DNA of 64,000 bases from Dendrobates tinctorius (GCF_039654945.1 NW_027361714.1:50282001-50346000), one strand, 5' to 3'. Shown: positions 12,323 through 26,144, numbered from the stretch's first letter. Program-made: numbers and translations. The notes: a model not told the origin generated them from the sequence alone.

Positions 12323-14860
12323 CCCCTTTCTGCCAGATGACGTACTATCCCATCCATGTGCCCAGAGACTTAATTCCCATGGATGGGATAGTACGTAAAC
12401 ACTGATCATACACGCTAACGGTGAGAGCACGGCTGATCGCGGCCGGGTGTCAGCTGATACTCACGGACCGCTCCCGGCACTTTAACCCTCTGAATGCTGC
12501 GATCAAACGTAATCGCAGCGTTCTGGGAGCAGGCAGAGGGTCTTGCTCCCCCCACTCCCTTACCCCACCAGCTGCTTCCAGCATTTTCTGGCATTATATA
12601 TCTTTATGCTGAATATCGTCTGGTCCCTATGCATCTACAGGGTTTATAAGCTTTCCTTTTTTTGGGTCAGGTATTGAACAATTGTGTGGGCTTTTTTTTG
12701 CCCTGTTAATTCTTTTTTGGCTCATATGGTGCTGTGAATAGCGGTTTTTTTACACCTCACATACACAGACCTTTTGGTCTATGTATGACTACACTATTTT
12801 ACATACATTGTTTGCGATATGTTGAGGTGGCTTGTTTGATATTTACCCAATGTCACTATTGCTATGTGGGGCTTTTCTGCTGTGGGAGTATCATCATATC
12901 ATTATTTCATGATTTGAGATGATTGCAATTTTCTTGCATCTTTTATTCTGTTTTTAATGTTTTTTGCTGTTTTGTGTATGTGTCAGGTATTGATGTATAA
13001 ATAAAATTTACCTTTTGTAGATTTTGTGGAGTTCCCATATGTAGATATATTGCTTTTCTCTTTTGTTCTTTGTATAATGTATTTTTGAATATATCTTTGG
13101 TGAACCCACTTTTGACTAATTTGGCTGTGCCCTTCGTCCATATATTATTGCAAAACGACGGATATAAATAAACATAATCTTGTCACGCAAAAAACAAGCC
13201 ACCACAGCGTCAGCAGTGAAGAAATAAAAATGGTATAGCTCTCAGAATAAAGCGATGCAAAAATAATTATTTTTTATATAAAATACTTTTTATTGTATAA
13301 AAGCACCAAAACATTAAAAAATGATAAAGTATAACTGAGGTATCACTGTAATCATGCTGACCCGAATAATAAAACTACCTTATCAATTTTGCCACACGTG
13401 GAATGGTGTAAACGCCCCCCCCAAAGAAATTCATGAATTGCTGGTTTTTGTTCATTCTGCCTCCTAAAAATCAGAATAAAATGCGATCAAAACATGTCAT
13501 GAGCCTGTACATGGCACCAATAAAAACGTCAACTTGTCTCGCAAAAAAGAAGACCTCACATGACTCTGTCGGCCAAAATATGGAAAATATATAGCTCTCA
13601 AAATGTAGTGATGCAAAAACTATTTTTTGCAATAAAAAACATCTTTTAGTCTGTGACAGCTGCCAAACATAAAAACCCGCTATAAATAATAAATCAAACC
13701 CCCTTTATCACCTCCTTAGTTAGGGAAAAATAATAAAATAAAAAAAGTATTTATTTCAATTTCCCTTTAGGGTTAGGGTTAAGGATGGGGCTGGGGTTAG
13801 GGTTGGGGTTAGCGTTGGGGCTAAAGTTAGGGTTAGGGTTGGCGCTAATGTTAGGGTTAGAGTTGGGATTAGGGTTGGGGTTGGAATTGGGGTTAGGGTT
13901 GGAATTAGGGATAGGGTTGTGATTAGGATTAGGGGTGTGTTAGAGTTAGGTTTGTGGTTAGGGTTATGGTTAGGGTTGGGATTAGGGTTAGGGGTGTGTT
14001 GGGGTTAGGGCTGGAGTTAGAATTGGGGGGATTCCACTGTTTAGGCACATCAGGGGCTCTCCAAATGCGACATGGCAGCTGATCTCAATTCCAACCAATT
14101 CTGCTTTGAAAAAGTCAAACGGCGCTCCTTTCCTTCCGAGCTCCGTCATGCGCCCAAACAGTGGTTTACCCCCACATATGGGGTATCAGCATGCTCAGAA
14201 CAAATTGCACAACAACTTTAGTGGTCCAATTTCTCCTGTTATCCTTGGTAAAATGAAACAAATTGGATCTGAAATAAATTTTTTGTGAAAAAAAGGTAAA
14301 TGTTCATTTTTTTAAGTTAATAAACTTCATGAATCTGGTTTTGAGCACCTTGAGGGGTGCAGTTTTTAGAATGGTGTCACTTTTGGGTATTTTCTATCAT
14401 ATAGACCCCTCAAAGTGACTTCAAATGTGATGTAGTCCCTAAAAAAATGATGTTGTAAAAATGAGAAATCGCTGGTCAATTTTTAACCCTTATAACTTCC
14501 TAACAAAAAAAAATTGGTTTCAAAATTGTGCAGATGTAAAGTAGACATGTGGGAAATGTTATTTATTAACTATTTTGTGTGATATATTTCTCTGTTTTAA
14601 GGGCATGAAAATTAAAATTGGAAAATTGCAAAATTTTCAAAATTTTGGCCAAATTTCCATTTTTTTCACAAATAAACACAAGTCATATCAAAGAAATTTT
14701 ACCCCTATCATAAAGTACAATATGTCACAAGAAAACAAAGTCAGAATCACCAGGATCCATGGAAGCGTTCCAGAGTTATTACCTCATAAATGGTCAGTGG
14801 TCAGAATTGTAAAAATTGGCCTGGTCATTAACAAGCAAACCACCCTTGGGGGTAAAGGGG
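12323..14860. mobile_element. Non-autonomous piggyBac-like element
   Basis: TTAA|CCCCTTT...AAAGGGG|TAAA (TTAA target, one mutated); no ORF. Confidence 0.75.
13767..14030 (+). repeat. Degenerate telomere-like (TTAGGG/TTGGGG)n tract inside the piggyBac-like element
   Basis: Direct reading. Confidence 0.85.
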
Positions 14861-15125
14861 TAAACACTATTTAAAACCAAGTAAAAAGTTTTGAAAAGGA
14901 AAAAAAATATGGCCCAGAATCAACAATGCTGTTTCTCAAATTTTCTGAAGATTTTCTCCTTTTATATGGGCCTTATTCTTCATTTGTTTTTATGTTGTCT
15001 TTTTTTTTTTTTTTTTAAGTGCTTTTAATTTTTACAGAAAAATCTTTGCCTATCCAGATGTTATAAACAGATTCATGAAATATGACTTTTATCAAATATC
15101 TCAATCCAGTTTTCCCCTGGAGTAA

Positions 15126-15517
15126 GGCTATGTCCACACTGAGTTAGGGGCATCAGTTTAATGGATCCGTTAAACGGATGGGCTAACGCTGATGTCTTTT
15201 TTTACATCTTTTGTGTCCTAGCGCTAACGGTATGCGCTAACGCATGGTAGCGTTTTGCTACCATGCGTTAGCCATACAGGTCTATGCACAGCAAACGCGT
15301 CTGTTCGCTGTGCGCTACACCCGACGCACTCGAAAACGCTGCAGACCGCGTTCGAGGGTGCGTCATAAAGTAATGCACCGTCGATTTCGGCATGCGTTAG
15401 GATGCGTTACAATTATTGCGGTCAATGGGTGCATCAACGCATCCGTTACATAGCGTTTGTGCCGCTATGTAACGGATGTGTTCAGTGCATGGCCCCTAAC
15501 CCAATGTGGACCTAGCC
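15126..15517. mobile_element. PIF/Harbinger MITE
   Basis: TAA|GGCTATGTCCACACTG...CAATGTGGACCTAGCC|TAA, palindromic. Confidence 0.85.
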
Positions 15518-15593
15518 TAAGGTTTGTGGTCTTTGCAATTTGGCACATTTTTAGGCAACTATGCGACTTTTTAAAGGATTTTCAACATTTAGT

Positions 15594-17115
15594 GGGTTCA
15601 CCTTCCAACAAGACAATGACACTAAGCACACAGCTAAAATAACAAAGAAGTGGCTTCAGAACAACTCTGTGACCATTCTTGACTGGCCCAGCCAGAGCCC
15701 TGACCTAAACCCAATTGAGAATCTCTGGAGAGGCCTGAAAATGGCTGTCCACCAACGTTCACCATCCAACCTGACGGAATTGGAGAGGATCTGCAAGGAA
15801 GAATGGCAGAGGATCCCCAAATCCTGGTGTGAAAAACTTGTTGCATCATTCCCAAGCAGACTCATAGCTGTACTAGCTCAAAAGGGTGCTTCTAATTGTA
15901 AGAGTACGAGCAGGAACACAGGGTGCAGTGTCGGGACGCAGGCAGAGCAAGGGTTGACAGGTTTATTTACAGGAGAATACTTCATGGAGAGAGGTAAATA
16001 GTTAAACAGTCGGGGGATAAAGGGTTAGTCAGGGGAGACAAATGGTACATTAAAGGCAAGGGATATAACAACAGTTCAGATGACGGCAGTTCGTTAGCAT
16101 AGATGTAAGGCAGTCCTTATGCAGCTGCTGCTGCAAAGTCAATTGCGCCGCAACTGCTGGCGCGGTGTCCTCTATAGTGGGGTCAGTTAGATGACAACAC
16201 CCCATCTTCTGGTAACAGTGGTCGGTCTCTGGTACCTTCCACTGCCCCTTGTCCATATACTGCTGTGGCTATTAAAGGCACGGGTTATAGACCGGTACGA
16301 GCCCATCGTGGCCCCTTAACTGTCTTAACTGATGTAGTGAGGTCACAAAGGTCAGGACAACAATTCTGTGTCCATGTCAGGGTGCGAGTGTCAGTCCTAT
16401 GTGGTCTCTCTTACGCAGCGTGTCTGTGGTACTCATGGTCAAGTTGTGTACGGCACCTGGAGCCGATTAGCCTGGAAGCAACTCAGGAATCTCTCTATGC
16501 AGATAGGTTGTGTAGTCTCCTTCCTAGCGCTTACTTGAGGTACATGCAGTACTGTGTTACACTGATGTTCCTCCTTCTTCTTCCCTTTTGGATCTACCTC
16601 GTATGGCAGACAGCTGTAGCCTTCTATCTCCTTTGGCTCACACGTCGCTGTTGTGCCTCCGAGTCTTAGAAGGGAATAGAGCATTTACAGCTTCCTATTC
16701 CTCTGGTTTCTCTTGCAGGACCGTCAGTATCCATACAACCGTGGAGACCAGGCTCCAGATCATGCGCTCCAGCTGGGAACGAGCTCTCAACTCTGCTCAG
16801 TCCCCCAGCTTCTCTCTCCACGTCTACACACTTCGGCCTCCTCACAGAACTGACTAATTTCCCCTCCTCGCCCCCAGAGAGAAGCTCTTCCCCTTAGTAT
16901 TGGTTCAGAGCTCCCTCTGCTGGCCTGAAGTGGGAACTGTGTTGCATGTTATGGTTAACTGCTAGAGAGACCCCTTCATTGCTTCCAAGCCTGACATCAT
17001 CCTCCCTGGAGGAAGGCAATGCCACTGTGGCGACCATACTCCTGGGGGCGCCACAGCTGCAATGAAACAAAGAGTGAAAAATGTAAAGGGGTCTGAATAC
17101 TTTCCGCACCCACTG
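15594..17115 (+). mobile_element. Tc1 transposon 3' part: transposase fragment 15594-15893 and right TIR 17055-17115, interrupted by an LTR
   Basis: FQQDNDTKHT...WPSQSPDLNPIENLW (DD34E region); ends ...CCCACTG|TA. Confidence 0.9.
15897..17054 (-). mobile_element. LTR fragment (TGTGGCGCCCC family)
   Basis: End GGGGCGCCACA and internal similarity to 41825-43151 and 44348-45667. Confidence 0.65.
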
Positions 17116-18104
17116 TATACAGTTTTATATAAAACTAATCAGAATGTAGTTCTTTTTAGATAAAGCCAAGATTTACAGGTACAAAAACAGATGACAATAG
17201 GAGAAGACAGGATGCCGGTCTCCATTATGGGTGATTTGGGGACAGGAACAGCATTGAGCCCTGGGCACAGCAATGTCTGGAGCGGTAAGAAGAAAAAGTA
17301 GGTGAATATTTCTGTATTTGGTGGGGACTAGGTAAGTACTAATGTATGTAGGATTTTCATTGCAGTTTCTCCTAGACAGTAGAAGTAGAAGTGCAGCAAT
17401 GGTGCCATCTAGAGAGAGATACATTTATGCTTAGATCCTGTAATCATTATTCCTTGTAAGCAGAGGCATAGGTAGGGTTTTGGTTCAGGAGGGTGAAACT
17501 TCTGAGTGGGTCCCTAACCTGGTATCCGTGATTACAGTGACATGCTCTAATAGTGGATGTAAGAGAACTTCAGCAGATGACAGCACTGTTACTAAAATAA
17601 TCTCTATACAAGGACCAACATGGATATTACCACATTATGGTGACCATATAGTGGTAGATACTAGTGCTGTAGAACATGTAAGAGATTACAGTACAGTTAC
17701 AGATAGTGACTTACTGCTGACGTTCCTTCTGATGGAGTCGTTCATTTTTCTCATCTTTTCCATCTGACCCAGACTGACAAGGCCACGTCTTGCAGCCAGG
17801 ACTTGGCTGCAGAGATTACAACAAAGACACATCTGACTTTTCACATTTCAGGCCCGTCCTCATCTATCCCCAACCTGCAGAAACTCCTCATCCTGCCGAT
17901 ACCCCAATATTGAGCTGCCGCTGCTGTATGTGTCTCTGGTAAAACAACCCTCTAGAACAGACCTGTACAAAGTATGAAACACACCTGACTGAAATCATAC
18001 AGCCAATGTGTGACGCATGCTGTGCGTGGTCCGGTCAGAATATATCCACTGTCAAGTTCCCTTTAAGAAAGAAAAAGTCAATGCTTGGAGAAGTGATCTT
18101 TTAA

Positions 18105-18295
18105 GGCCATGTTCACAAGTTCAGTATTTGGTCAGTATTTTACCTCAGTATCTGTAAGCCAAAACCAGGAGTGGAACAATCAGAGGAAAAGTATAATAGA
18201 AACCCGTCACCACTTCTGGATTTATCACCCACTCCTGGTTTTGGCTTACAGATACTGAGGTAAAATACTGACCAAATACTGACATGCATGCGGTC
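18105..18295. mobile_element. PIF/Harbinger MITE
   Basis: TAA TSD, near-perfect palindrome CAGTATTTGGTCAGTATTTTACCTCAG...CTGAGGTAAAATACTGACCAAATACTG. Confidence 0.85.
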
Positions 18296-18830
18296 TAAAG
18301 TGGGACTCCAAAGAAAATGTAAATCTTTTCCTTTACCTGATATCAGCATGTTCCTCTTCTCTTCTGCAACGTGACTGCTAATGAGACCAGTCATATGTGT
18401 GCACCAGAAGGCACGGAAGAACTGCACTGAGCTACTTCTGGTCCATACAGAAGACACCGTGTGATCTCATTAGTCACATTGACAATCAAAAATTACAGAA
18501 GATGACCAGAATGGCACTGATATCAGCAATTGGTACGTATATAAATACATGTAATGTGTCCTTGTGCATTGTGTGCTGGAAGCAATATTCCGGTGTGGGA
18601 ACATATAATGATCTGAGCAAGGTTAAGGGTACGGACATAGCGTAAAATAAAAATGACCATGGCAAGTAATATAAAGTATGTGGGTCTCTTTCATATTCTT
18701 CCAAGTTGGGAGGTATGTTATGGCATTATTTTAGCTGGGAATTATTGAGATGCAGTGGATGTCACTTTTATGGGACAGGGAAGCAATTAGAAGATTTATG
18801 GCCATTGTGAGGGATCATGTCTGATACTTT

Positions 18831-19872
18831 TGTAATAGTACGGTTGGGGGGTGGACACATCAGCACATTCTGTACGCACTGTGCTGGCAGCTGCTTCATC
18901 CCTGGTGCTTCCCATATTCTTCCTGGAGTTCAAAGGACTTGAGGCATAGCCCAGGATAACTTCAAACAAGAAAGATTTATTTTCTTCAGGACACAGCACA
19001 TCCAATACACCTTTAGCACACTTGACACGGTACCAGCAATACATCTTCTTCAGATTTCCTTAGCTTATTCAGCTACACCAGAATGGACCACAAAGTAACA
19101 CCTGGATGAGGAGCCCAGTGAAAATGGCACTTCGATTTATCTCCTTGGAACCGACTTTAGTTCAGACACAGAATTATCTACTAGGTCGTCCACCCCCTTC
19201 TGGTTATCCTGCCCATGCACTCGCTGGTGGCCCACTCGACTACTTAATCAGCACCCAGACTTTTGATAACGCTTCCACAGTGACTCATCCGCTGGCTACT
19301 CTATTCCATCAGAACCCAGACATTGGCTGACACTTCCACAGTGACTCATCCACTGGGTTCTCTATTCCATCAGCACCCAGACTTTGGCTGACGCTTCCAC
19401 AGTGACTCATCCACTGGCTTCTCTACTGCTGCAGATACCGTACACACTTCACTCCTTCTCTGCTCTGCACAATTCTCCCACATCTATTCTGGATGTCCTG
19501 GGATTCACTTCCCACGTTGTGTGGCAGATACACAGCTCTGGAACAGGGAACTCAGACAGCATCCAGGGTCCACCGCCGACTGACTCTAAACCAGGAAATC
19601 TCTCTCCCTAGTTCCCAGCTACCACTCCTTTAATTAACTCTGAAGTGACCTACAACTGTGCTCTATTATCAATGTGCTCAGTGCCCCCATCGTGTGTCTA
19701 TTTTACTAACTGCACTGTCCCTAACTTGTAAATCACAATTTGGCAATAAACACGTATATACAGCTTACACATAATACACAGATACATAAATACGAGACAT
19801 TCAAATATGGCAAAGCTGTACAATCAAACATTAGAATCAACATTTACAGGGCTAGGCCCTGACCGTCTTACA
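18831..19872. mobile_element. Solo LTR with internal ~61-bp tandem repeats (~19250-19430)
   Basis: TGTAA...TTACA termini, TSD CTTT. Confidence 0.7.
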
Positions 19873-19989
19873 CTTTTATAGTGGAAATGTTGGCTGACAC
19901 TATAATGAAGGGTTTATAACTAACATGGGGGGATTTAAGTCTGTCATTATTACCGGGGAGCTGTAACCTATGAAAGGCTGGCAGTCATT

Positions 19990-20870
19990 GCTTTGCAGCT
20001 GCACAGCTGGTCTATGGTGTTTGAAGGGGTCTATGGCTGGTACTGTTATTGGTAATCTATTGATGTAATGAAAACTGGCAGGTGCATGACTATCACTGTT
20101 ATGGGAGAATGTATGGCTGTCACTGATGTGAGAGGTCTATGACTGTCACTGATATAAAGGATCTATGGCTGTTACTGATGTGAGAGGTCTAAAACTGTCA
20201 CTGATATAAGGGATATATGGCTGTCACTGTCATGAGAGGTCTTTGGCTGTCATTTACACAGGGAATCTGTGGCTGTCACTGTCATCAGAGGTCCATGACT
20301 GTCACTGAAATAGGGAATCTATGGCTGTCACTGTCGTGAGATGTCTATGACTGTCACTGATATAGGGAATCTATGGCTGTCACTGTCATGAGAGGTCTAT
20401 GACTGTCACTGATATGGGGGATCTAATGCTTTCACTGTCATGAAAGGTATATGACTGTCACTGATATAAGGAGATCTATGTCTGTCACCTTCATGGAATT
20501 CTATGGTTGGTATTGTTATTGGATGATCTACGGTTGTCACTGTTATGTGGAGGAATCTATGGACTATCATGGCAAATATTTGTTAAATACTACCATAGGG
20601 GGTAGTCTATGGTTCTCACTCCTATGTGGCAATTTATTGCTGTCAGAGAGTGCTATCACTGTTACAAGCGATCTATAACTGCTCCTGCTATCTGGGGATA
20701 TAATATTATAGAGAAAGATCTAAGGCTATATTTTTATGGCATCACTATTTTAGGAGGGTGTATAGTTATCACTATTAAGTCAGGCGGGGGGTCTTTGGCT
20801 TTCCCAGTTATAGGAGACTTGTATAAGGTATCACTGGATGTCACTGTTATGGGGATCTATGACTGTTTTA
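19990..20870. repeat. Degenerate minisatellite (TCTATGGCTGTCACTG...)
   Basis: Repeated CTATG(G/A)CTGTCACTG motif at ~25-bp spacing. Confidence 0.8.
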
Positions 20871-21446
20871 CTGTATGTAATAAGAACTGTTTTATCGTAT
20901 ATCCCTTTCCTGTATAAACACATTGATAAAAATAATCTAAGAATCTAAAAGCCGTAACAGGGACAGCAAAGTTCAGGAGCTGAGGTTTTGTTCATATCAG
21001 AAGCATATCTACTGGGGTATCGCAAGTGGGGTTGTCTTCCAAGGTCAACTCACATGTTGAGGTCTAAACCCGAGTGATCACCGCTATTAACTGTATCAGT
21101 GTGCATATTTTGCAGATACAGGGTCCCTTCCCCTACAGCTCTCCTTTTTGTAAGCAGCAGATTGCTTTGGATTTATGAAAAATGAGGATGAATGAACTCA
21201 TGGAGATCAACATCCAACACTTCGGAGACACCATCACATGTTTCTCAACGCAGTGATTCTAGAGCCATGCCCCCATCCCTTATGGGAAATATTAAAAACA
21301 TGCAAAACTCAAGCCGCGGAGACACCATCACATGTTTCTCAACGCAAGCAATGACTAGCCAGGTCTTTCCCCGGGAAGGAACAACCACGGGAAGGGCAGT
21401 TTCCAATGAAGGAAACCACCTATGCCAAAACATGGTATCCATCCAC

Positions 21447-23485
21447 CAGAGGCGTATCTAGGCTTCCTGGCACACGGGGCAAGAATTTGGTTCGGCGCCC
21501 CCCCCCCCCCAAGTACATATGCTCTCAATGTTCAGTAAAAAAACTGAGAAGCTCGTTGTCACAGGACCATAACTATGAAAATCGCATATGAGTGAAGTGT
21601 CCATGTGATGACACTGGAACCTGCAGAGCTGAATCCTGACATTGCAGCTTCTGAATTCTCACAACGAATGCACTGCACACTTTTAGGATTCTCCCTTGCC
21701 GATATACAGTCATGTCAGCACAAGTATGTGATTTATATACTTCTGGCTTCATTCCGACTAGACGTGCCCGGCCTCGCTCCGTTCATTTTCATTGAGTGAG
21801 GCCACACATGTCTAGTCAGCATGTGACCGCATGTATGTAAATTACCGACATGAGAGAATCCTGACAGCGTTCAGTGAGCACTGTGAGAATTCAGAAGTCT
21901 GCAGTCACATAGAATGACTGCAGACTCCGTACAAACCTGGACAACCCCTTTAATGCTCCTAACAAATAAAAACATGAGAATTAGTCAGTATCACAAATAA
22001 CATTTACACCCAGGTACCTTATAGATGACGTCGTCTCTGGACTCGGTCTCCTTTTCTTCTTCTTGTCCAGAACCCATGATGAGTTTTCTCATCCACATCT
22101 CGTCTCTGTAGACTTCCATCTTCTCCGGTCTTCTGCAGCAAATCCCCACACGATGCCCTTAAAGATAGAAGTGTCATTATAATGCTCCTGAATAAAAATG
22201 TCTGCAATATACTGTCGCCTCATACTGTCTCCTCATATATTTACCCCCTCACTCTCTATACTGTCTGCTCACACATACCCCCAACTCCCCATACTGTGTC
22301 CACATACATTCACCCGTTCGCACCCCTTACTGTCTGCACCCATCCCCCATACTGTTTCCTCATACTCTTCATTTTGTGTCCTCAAATCTCCCCACACACA
22401 TTAAATACCATCCCCACTCCAAATCCCCCACACACATTAAGTACCACCCCATCCCCACTCCCAAATCCCCCCACACATTATGTACCCCCACTCCAAATCT
22501 CCCCACACATTATGTACCCCCACTCCAAATCCCCCCACACATTAACCCCCATCTCCACTCATTAATCCCCCCACTCAGTAACCCCCATCCAACCCCCATC
22601 TCCACTAATTAACTCCCACACTCATTAACCCCATCTCCACTCATTAACCCCCAATCATTAACCCCCATCTCCACTCATTAACCCCCCAATCATTAACCCC
22701 CATCACCACATCAATCCCATCTCCACACATTAACCCCCATCTCCACTCATTAACCCCCATCTCCACTCATTAATCCCCCCACTCAGTAACCCCCATCCAA
22801 CCCCCATCTCCACTAATTAACTCCCACACTCATTAACCCCATCTCCACTCATTAACCCCCCAATCATTAACCCCCATCTCCACTCATTAACCCCCCAATC
22901 ATTAACCCCCATCACCACATCAATCCCATCTCCACACATTAACCCCCATCTCCACTCATTAACCCCCATCTCCACTCATTAACCCCCATCTCCACTCATT
23001 AACCCCCATACATTAACTCCCATCCCCACATTAACCACCATCTCCATCCATTAACCCCCATCTCCACTCATGAACACCCCCCCCATCTCCTATCTTCGGT
23101 GGTTCTTCAGCTCCACAGAGGAGCACACTTACCACCAGCGTTCGCTCTGGGCGCCGGGGAGTGACGTCAGCAGCGTGATCACATGACCTGATCACTCTGC
23201 TGACGTCGCTCTGACGGCGGTCAGTGCTTCAATTGTGCTGGCGTCTGTATAGACGCCAGTACAATTGCTGCCTGGGAGTCGGCGCGGTCTCATTCTCTGC
23301 GTCGGCTGTCAGCTTGACAGCTGACACAGAGGACAGCCGACACACAGGACAGTGGGCGGCAGAACGCAGCTGCCGGGGGGGAGACACTGCCGACCGCTGC
23401 AAGGCGGCCGGGCGGCCCGACTGCGCCCCCCTGCTGCCTGCGCCCGGGGCAACTGCCCCGGCTGCCCCCCCTGGATACGCCACTG
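21447..23485 (-). mobile_element. Non-autonomous hAT transposon, copy 2
   Basis: TIRs CAGAGGCGTATCTAGG / CCTGGATACGCCACTG; 8-bp TSD CCATCCAC; reverse complement of 736-2925. Confidence 0.92.
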
Positions 23486-23489
23486 CCAT

Positions 23490-23531
23490 CCACAGACAGC
23501 TGTTTCGGGATATTGCCCCTCATCAGTGTGG
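23490..23531 (-). ncRNA. Type I hammerhead ribozyme
   Basis: Minus strand CCACA-CUGAUGA-GGGG CAAUA UCCC-GAAAC AGCU GUC^UGUGG: full conserved core, stems I and II, palindromic mini stem III. Confidence 0.88.
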
Positions 23532-23842
23532 AGTAGGAAACTGGCCAGTAGGAGCAATGCCTAGTAGAAGACTGTGAAAAATGAGGATGAATGAACTCAT
23601 GGAGATCAACATCCAACACTGCGGAGACACCATCACATGTTTCTCAACGCAGTGATTCTAGAGCAATGCCCCCATCCCTTATGGGAAATATGTAAAAACA
23701 TGCAAAACACAAGCCGCGGAGACACCATCACATGTTTCTCAACGCAAGCAATGACTAGCCAGGTCTTTCCCCGGGAGAGAACAACCACGGGAAGAGCAGT
23801 CTCCAATGAAGGAAACCACCTATGCCAAAACATGGTATCCAT

Positions 23843-23884
23843 CCACAGACAGCTGTTTCGGGATATTGCCCCTCATCAGTGTGG
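23843..23884 (-). ncRNA. Type I hammerhead ribozyme (second identical copy)
   Basis: Same sequence, 353 bp from the first. Confidence 0.88.
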
Positions 23885-24055
23885 AGTAGGAAACTGGCCA
23901 GTAGGAGCAATGCCTAGTAGAAGACTGTGAAAAATGAGGATGAATGAACTCATGGAGATCAACATCCAACACTTCGGAGACACCATCATATGTTTCTCAA
24001 CGCAGTGATTCTAGAGCAATGCCCCCATCCCTTATGGGAAATATGTAAAAAGCAT

Positions 24056-24735
24056 ACATATATGATGGGTATATGGGCATGGGACTTTGAAATGGAGGAT
24101 ATGTATGATGGATGGGTATATGGGTACAGGACTATGGGATGGAGGATGTGTGATGGGTATATGAGCACTGGACTATGGGATGGAGAATATGTATGATGGG
24201 TATATGGGCATGGGTCTAGGGGATGGAGGATATGTATGATGGGTATATGGGCACGGAACTTAGGGGATGGAGGATATGTATGATGGGTATATGGGCACGG
24301 GACTATGGGATGGAGGATGCGTGATGGTATATGGACACGGGACTATGGGATGGAGGATGTGTGATGGGTTTATGGGCATGGGACTATGGGATGGAGGATG
24401 TGTGATGGGTATATGGGCACTGGACTATGGGATGGAGGTTGTGTGATGGGTATATGGGCACTGGACTATGGGATGGAGGATATATATGATGGGTATATGG
24501 GCATGGGCCTATGAAATGGAGGATATGTATGATGGGTATATGGGTACAGGACTATGGGATGGAGGATGTGTGATGGGTATATGGGCACTGGACTATGGGA
24601 TGGAGGATATGTATTATTAGTATATGGGCATGGGACTATGGGATGGAGGATATGCATGATGGGTATATGGGCATGGGCCTATGGGATGGAGGATGTGTGA
24701 TGGGTATATGGGCACTAGACTATGAGATGGAGGAT
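24056..24735. repeat. ~42-bp minisatellite (GATGGGTATATGGGCACTGGACTATGGGATGGAGGATGTGT)
   Basis: Direct reading, roughly 16 units. Confidence 0.9.
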
Positions 24736-24777
24736 AATCATTATAATTTGTTATAACTAACCACAGTTAGTTACTAT

Positions 24778-24806
24778 GCCTGGGCAATACCGGGCTCTTC
24801 AGCTAG
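24778..24806 (+). mobile_element. Helitron 3' terminus (possible 5' end at A|TC 20936)
   Basis: GC hairpin GCCTGG-GCAATA-CCGGGC followed by CTAG|T. Confidence 0.5.
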
Positions 24807-26144
24807 TATTACTATATATGGGAAACTTAGGAGAATATTACTTTACATGGGGGTACTTAGAGGACATTATTATTAAACATTCGGGGCATCAGGCGGCATT
24901 GTAACTATGTGGAGGGACTTCGGTCAATTATACCTTTGATGAGGCATTCGGGTGTTATAGTAAAAGGGGATTTCAGGGTTCTTTATTACTTTTTGTGTGG
25001 CACTGAGGGGGCTACTTGTTAAACCACTTTGGCAATTACTAATTGTTGACGGAACACTCAGGTGTCATTGTTACAACATAGTGGCACTAAGGTAATATAA
25101 CAATCACAGGGATAGACATGGGGCATTATTTCTTTCTAAAAGGGGCCATGGCAATGACTGTGCTGAAGAACTTGTCAGGATTTCTGCCACACTATTACTT
25201 TTTTGTGGGGGAAATCAATGTGCCTTATTAGTATTTATGGAGCAATCCAGGGGGGCAATATTAGTATTATGGGGCTAACAGATGATATTATTAGTATATA
25301 TGAGGTAATATGAAGGCACTATTACTATGTATATGGGAGAATCATGGGACAATACTACCATATATGGAGAACTGAGGGGGCAATATTACTTTACATGAGG
25401 GTATTAAGTTGACATTATTATTATATATGGGGGGAATCAGTGAGCATTATAATTATGTGAGTGAACTTAGGGCAATTATACTTTTGGTGAGGTATGCAAG
25501 GTATTATATTAATAGGGGGAGTTCAGAGGACTTTATTACTTTTTGTATGACACAGAACGAGTATGATTACTCTTTAGGGACGCTTGGGGAATCTTTAATT
25601 GTGAAAGGGAACCTGTCAGCAGGGTGATGCTTAGGAACCTATGCACACAGTGTCAGGTCGGTTAAACTGAATAAAATGATACCTTGGTTGAAGAAATCTG
25701 ACTTTTCAGTTTTGTGTTAATGATATGCTCGTGTCCTAAGGCGGGGCTGGGGTATGTGGTAACATACATAATAACATAGATTTTAAGGTTGAAGGGAAAC
25801 TTTAAGTCCATCTAGTTCAACCCACAGCCTAACATGTTGATCCAGGGGAAGGCAAAAAAAAACCCATGCGGCAAACAGTAAGCTTCAAATGGGGGAAATA
25901 AATTCCTTCCTGACTCCACATACAGCAATCAGACTAGCAATCAGACTAGCTCCCTGGATCAGTGCCAAGGAATCTAGTATATATAACCTGTAACATTATA
26001 CTTTTCAAGAAAGGCATCCAGGCCCTTCTTAAATTTTAGTAGTGAATCACTCATTACAACATCATATGGCAGAGAGTCTCACTGCTAAACCTTCTTTCCT
26101 CCAGATGTAGAGGATGCCACCTTGTCACCTGTCACAGGTCTAAG

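Larger units (their letters stand above)
21176..24055 (-). repeat. 353-bp tandem repeat with hammerhead ribozymes (non-LTR retrozyme-like), ~2.4 units, first unit split by a hAT
   Basis: Unit starts GAAAAATGAGG at 21177, 23576 and 23929; near-identical units; one hammerhead per complete unit. Confidence 0.88.
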
